64,000 nt of DNA, from contig CAWAOD010000011.1 of assembly GCA_963783575.1 (NCBI GenBank), positions 128,001-192,000 of the forward strand, in the 5' to 3' direction. How positions within the stretch are numbered: the first letter of the stretch is position 1; every line of letters begins with the position of its first letter. Position numbers and translations under genes: made by a program. Below the pieces are notes generated by a model. That model made no database searches and was not told the DNA's origin. It worked only from the letters and a program-made list of their open reading frames with translations. Below are positions 60,870-64,000 of the stretch, piece by piece. The DNA comes from an uncultured Spirochaetota bacterium (GTDB lineage Bacteria; Spirochaetota; Brevinematia; Brevinematales; JAOACQ01).

Positions 60870-63800
60870 ATGGAAACACGAGTCAAGGCCCATACAAGGA
60901 GCGAGCGCCGGCTCGCGACTATCCTCTTCGCCGACATTTCGGGCTTTACCTCCATGTCCGAGAAGATGGATGCCGAACTTGTTACACGTACCATGAACGA
61001 GTGCTTTAATATGCTTGGGACCATCGTTCAACGTAACGGGGGTATCATCGACAAATACATTGGTGACTGCATCATGGTTCTATTCGGTGTGCCCAAAGCT
61101 TTGGAGGATTCTGCTCGACGCGCTGTTCAGACCGGTCTGGAGATGCGGGAAGCCATCCGAGAATCACAGCATTTGTTGATCGTGGAAGCAAAACTGGATA
61201 TCCACATCGGAATCAATACGGGAGAGGTCATCTCGGGTGAGGTTGGTTCGGAACAGAAAAAAGAATTCACTGTGATGGGGGATGTGGTGAACATCGCATC
61301 ACGACTTAAAGATGCTGCTCCAAAGGGAAGAATTTATGTCGGGTTACAAACGCATCATAAGACCAGTGAAATGTATGAATATAAAATAATGGAGTCGATC
61401 AAGCTTAAGGGCAAAAAGAATCCTGTTCCCGTATACGAACTCCTTTCCAGGAAGTTGGGTGTGGCTCGAGGTCGAATGATATTTTCCCCCCTTGTGGCCA
61501 GACAGGAGGAACTCAATCTCTTGGAATCTAAGGTCCTGAATGTAATAAGCGGAGAAGGTTCGATAGTACATGTGATCGGGGAAGCAGGACTTGGTAAATC
61601 ACGATTGATTGCGGAGCTGCGGAATAAGGAATGCATTGAGAAGGTGATTCTTTTAGAGGGACGCGCACAGTCCTTCGGAATGAATCTAAGCTTTTATCCT
61701 ATAATTAACCTCTTAAAAGAGTGGACTGCGATTCATGAGGACGACAGTGGAGCGGAAGCTTCCCGGAAGCTCGAAAAGGCGATCCGTTCCGTCAGTCCGG
61801 AAGATATCGATGAGACTCTGCCGTTTATCGCGACTCTGATGGGCATCCCCCTTACGGGAAAGTACGCGCAGAGAATGGAGGGTATAGTCGGAGACATCCT
61901 TGTGAAATTGATGATGAGAACCACGCATGATCTTTTAAGCTGTGCCGCGCAATACCAGCCCTTGGTGATAGTACTGGATGACATGCATTGGGCGGATGAA
62001 AGCACGGTCGAATTCGTGGAGTACCTTTACAGTCTGGCGGATAGAAATCACGTACTTTTTATCAATTTGTTTCGACCGAGCGAGGAGAAAGGTGAGAGGC
62101 TTTCTAAAACGGCTCGAGAAAACCATGGGAGCCTTTATACTGAGATAATGTTATATCATCTTAATGAAGAAAGTTGCACAGAGCTTGTAGGCAACCTGAT
62201 AAAGAATAGTAACGTTCCACCTGCTATCATGGAATCGATCGTTAGCCGAACTGGTGGGAACCCATTCTTTGTCGAGGAGATTATGAGAGCATGCATCGAC
62301 AATGAGGCACTGGAGGTAGAGAAGGATGGCTTCCGGGTGACGGAAAAACTTCAGTCGTTCATTGTTCCATCGACAGTGAACGAAGTGATCATGTCGCGTT
62401 TCGACAGGCTGGACGAGGTATCGGGAGAATTACTAAGGGCCGCCTCGGTTATCGGAAGGAGTTTCTTTTACAGGCTGTTGGTAAATATCGTACAGGGAAT
62501 TGATAAGATCGATGAAAAAATCAATACCTTGAAGGAAATGCAAATTATCCTAGAGCGCAACAGAGTGGATGAGATTGAGTTTCTGTTCAAGCACGCCCTG
62601 GTGCAAGAGACAATCTACGATTCGATTCTCATACAGGCCAGAAAGAATCTGCACATAAGCGTAGCGAATGCAATTGAGTCGATATTTGCGGAGCGCCTGG
62701 GAGAGTTCACTGGGATGCTGGCATTACATTATACACGTGGGGAGGACTACGACAAGGCTGAGAAGTACATGATCAGGGCGGGGGAAGAAGCCCTTAAAGC
62801 CGCAGGGTCGGCGGAAGCATTGAACTATTATCGTGATGCTCTGGAGTTGTATTTGAAAAAACAAGGCAGTAACGCTGATCCCGCAGATGTTGTAATGCTG
62901 AAGAAAAACATCGCACGATCACTCTATTTTAGAGGACGATATGACGAGGCAATTCCCATATATGATTTTGTACTAAGATATCATGGTATCCAGATCCCAA
63001 AGAGCAGGCTTGCACTTCTCTTCTCTGCGGCGGCCGGACTGGTGGAAGTGTTGTTGTGGCTCTATGGTCCAAAGCAGAGTAAGCTGAAACCCTTATCTTC
63101 GAATTTCCGTGAAGGTATCGCGTTGAGCATGGAAAAATCCGAGATGCTCGTAGCCTACGATCCTCCCGGATTTTTTCTTCAGACCCTGGCTCTTGCCAAA
63201 ATAATGCTTCGCTATGATCTAAGCGATTGCGACCCAGGACTTAGGATGTTGGTTGGAATCTCCACGCTTTTCTCCTTCTCAGGCATTTCGCTTTCAGTGT
63301 GTCGAAGAGTGATTGAAAAGATGAGTAGAATCATACGACATGATCAACCCGGCGTATTAATAAATTACCTATCGTGCAAGTCGTTTTATTCCTATCTCAC
63401 TGGCGAATGGAATGAGCGTAGAATCTTCCGCGATCCAATGGTAGGAGGACAAGCGGAGCAAGGGAGCGCTTTCGAAGTCCTGAATCTATTTGCATTTTCC
63501 GGACTTTCCTGCATCGAGTGCGGAGATTGGGAAACCTATTTCGAAGCTCGGGATATGGTCGAAATGATTTCGGATCGTTTTGATAATAACATGGGAAGAA
63601 TGTTCCTGCATTTGTTGATACACAGGTATTATATAAAACGGCGTATGATAAAAGAAGCTACTGCCTCTATGCCAGGTCTATTAATTTTTTTTTCCAGAGT
63701 GTCGTCAAGCCTGGGCGAAACCCAGCCATTCTCAGCACACGCCAGTCTGGCTAGGATCAATATCCTTCGTGGAGATTTCGAATCAGCTGTAAAAAACCTC

Positions 63801-64000
63801 AACGCTATACCTTATGCCGTTGCGGTTTCCCCAAGAGGTCCTTGGCGTAATGGAGTTTTTTGTTGTACTTATGCTGCGATGGCTGTGGAAAAAGCGCTCC
63901 AAGCCGCCAAACAAGGAAAATTGAATCGTCAAACACGAAGGAAATGCCTTTTTGCCCTGAATCGTAACCTGAAGAACTCGAGGAAATTCGCGCCTGATCG
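60870..64000 (+). CDS. Class III nucleotidyl cyclase fused to STAND/AAA_16 NTPase and TPR-like region, partial, runs off right edge
   Basis: Absent from the ORF track, consistent with no stop in the window. ATG at 60870 after AGGAG: ERRLATILFADISGFT, DKYIGD, IGINTG, FTVMGDVVNIASRL, Walker A GEAGLGKS, Walker B LDDMHWAD, GGNPFF, FKHALVQE. Confidence 0.92.
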   Translation, partial: METRVKAHTRSERRLATILFADISGFTSMSEKMDAELVTRTMNECFNMLGTIVQRNGGIIDKYIGDCIMVLFGVPKALEDSARRAVQTGLEMREAIRESQHLLIVEAKLDIHIGINTGEVISGEVGSEQKKEFTVMGDVVNIASRLKDAAPKGRIYVGLQTHHKTSEMYEYKIMESIKLKGKKNPVPVYELLSRKLGVARGRMIFSPLVARQEELNLLESKVLNVISGEGSIVHVIGEAGLGKSRLIAELRNKECIEKVILLEGRAQSFGMNLSFYPIINLLKEWTAIHEDDSGAEASRKLEKAIRSVSPEDIDETLPFIATLMGIPLTGKYAQRMEGIVGDILVKLMMRTTHDLLSCAAQYQPLVIVLDDMHWADESTVEFVEYLYSLADRNHVLFINLFRPSEEKGERLSKTARENHGSLYTEIMLYHLNEESCTELVGNLIKNSNVPPAIMESIVSRTGGNPFFVEEIMRACIDNEALEVEKDGFRVTEKLQSFIVPSTVNEVIMSRFDRLDEVSGELLRAASVIGRSFFYRLLVNIVQGIDKIDEKINTLKEMQIILERNRVDEIEFLFKHALVQETIYDSILIQARKNLHISVANAIESIFAERLGEFTGMLALHYTRGEDYDKAEKYMIRAGEEALKAAGSAEALNYYRDALELYLKKQGSNADPADVVMLKKNIARSLYFRGRYDEAIPIYDFVLRYHGIQIPKSRLALLFSAAAGLVEVLLWLYGPKQSKLKPLSSNFREGIALSMEKSEMLVAYDPPGFFLQTLALAKIMLRYDLSDCDPGLRMLVGISTLFSFSGISLSVCRRVIEKMSRIIRHDQPGVLINYLSCKSFYSYLTGEWNERRIFRDPMVGGQAEQGSAFEVLNLFAFSGLSCIECGDWETYFEARDMVEMISDRFDNNMGRMFLHLLIHRYYIKRRMIKEATASMPGLLIFFSRVSSSLGETQPFSAHASLARINILRGDFESAVKNLNAIPYAVAVSPRGPWRNGVFCCTYAAMAVEKALQAAKQGKLNRQTRRKCLFALNRNLKNSRKFAPD

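Noticed and set aside
60761..62126. Cluster of short ORFs listed in the track
   Set aside because: They are shadows of the long open cyclase-STAND frame starting at 60870.

Overview
AT-rich bacterial accessory region. Signal peptides and gene content suggest a spirochaete-like anaerobe, but this is inference only. Left to right: 5' end of gshA, an ArsR regulator and a lipoprotein (1-2.2 kb). At 2.4-22.1 kb is a co-oriented island in which three membrane-anchored LuxR-type regulators are interleaved with ten diverged copies of one exported ~280-aa protein family (weakly DUF3108-like C-terminus), plus MBL hydrolases, flavodoxins and decayed copies of these; two of the regulators are followed by the same operator/promoter motif. 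At 23.6-36 kb is a C-P lyase operon (phnGHIJK-x-L-O-M, TIM-barrel, 2H phosphoesterase, acetyltransferase, phnDCEE) lacking phnF, phnN and phnP. At 36-43 kb is an IS cluster (ISNCY, IS1380, IS1182 and a MITE, the last two in opposite arms of one REP-like palindrome). Then come a BspA-type LRR lipoprotein, an S1/P1 nuclease and redox genes. An IS110 element sits in the Shine-Dalgarno of blc, with a reconstructable junction promoter and a structured ~165-nt bridge-RNA-like region. The window ends with CoA-disulfide reductase, an AlkZ-like glycosylase, HD-GYP and a cyclase-STAND gene running off the right edge. Many single-base frameshifts lie in homopolymers and may be assembly errors. All calls come from motif recognition by eye; no searches were run.
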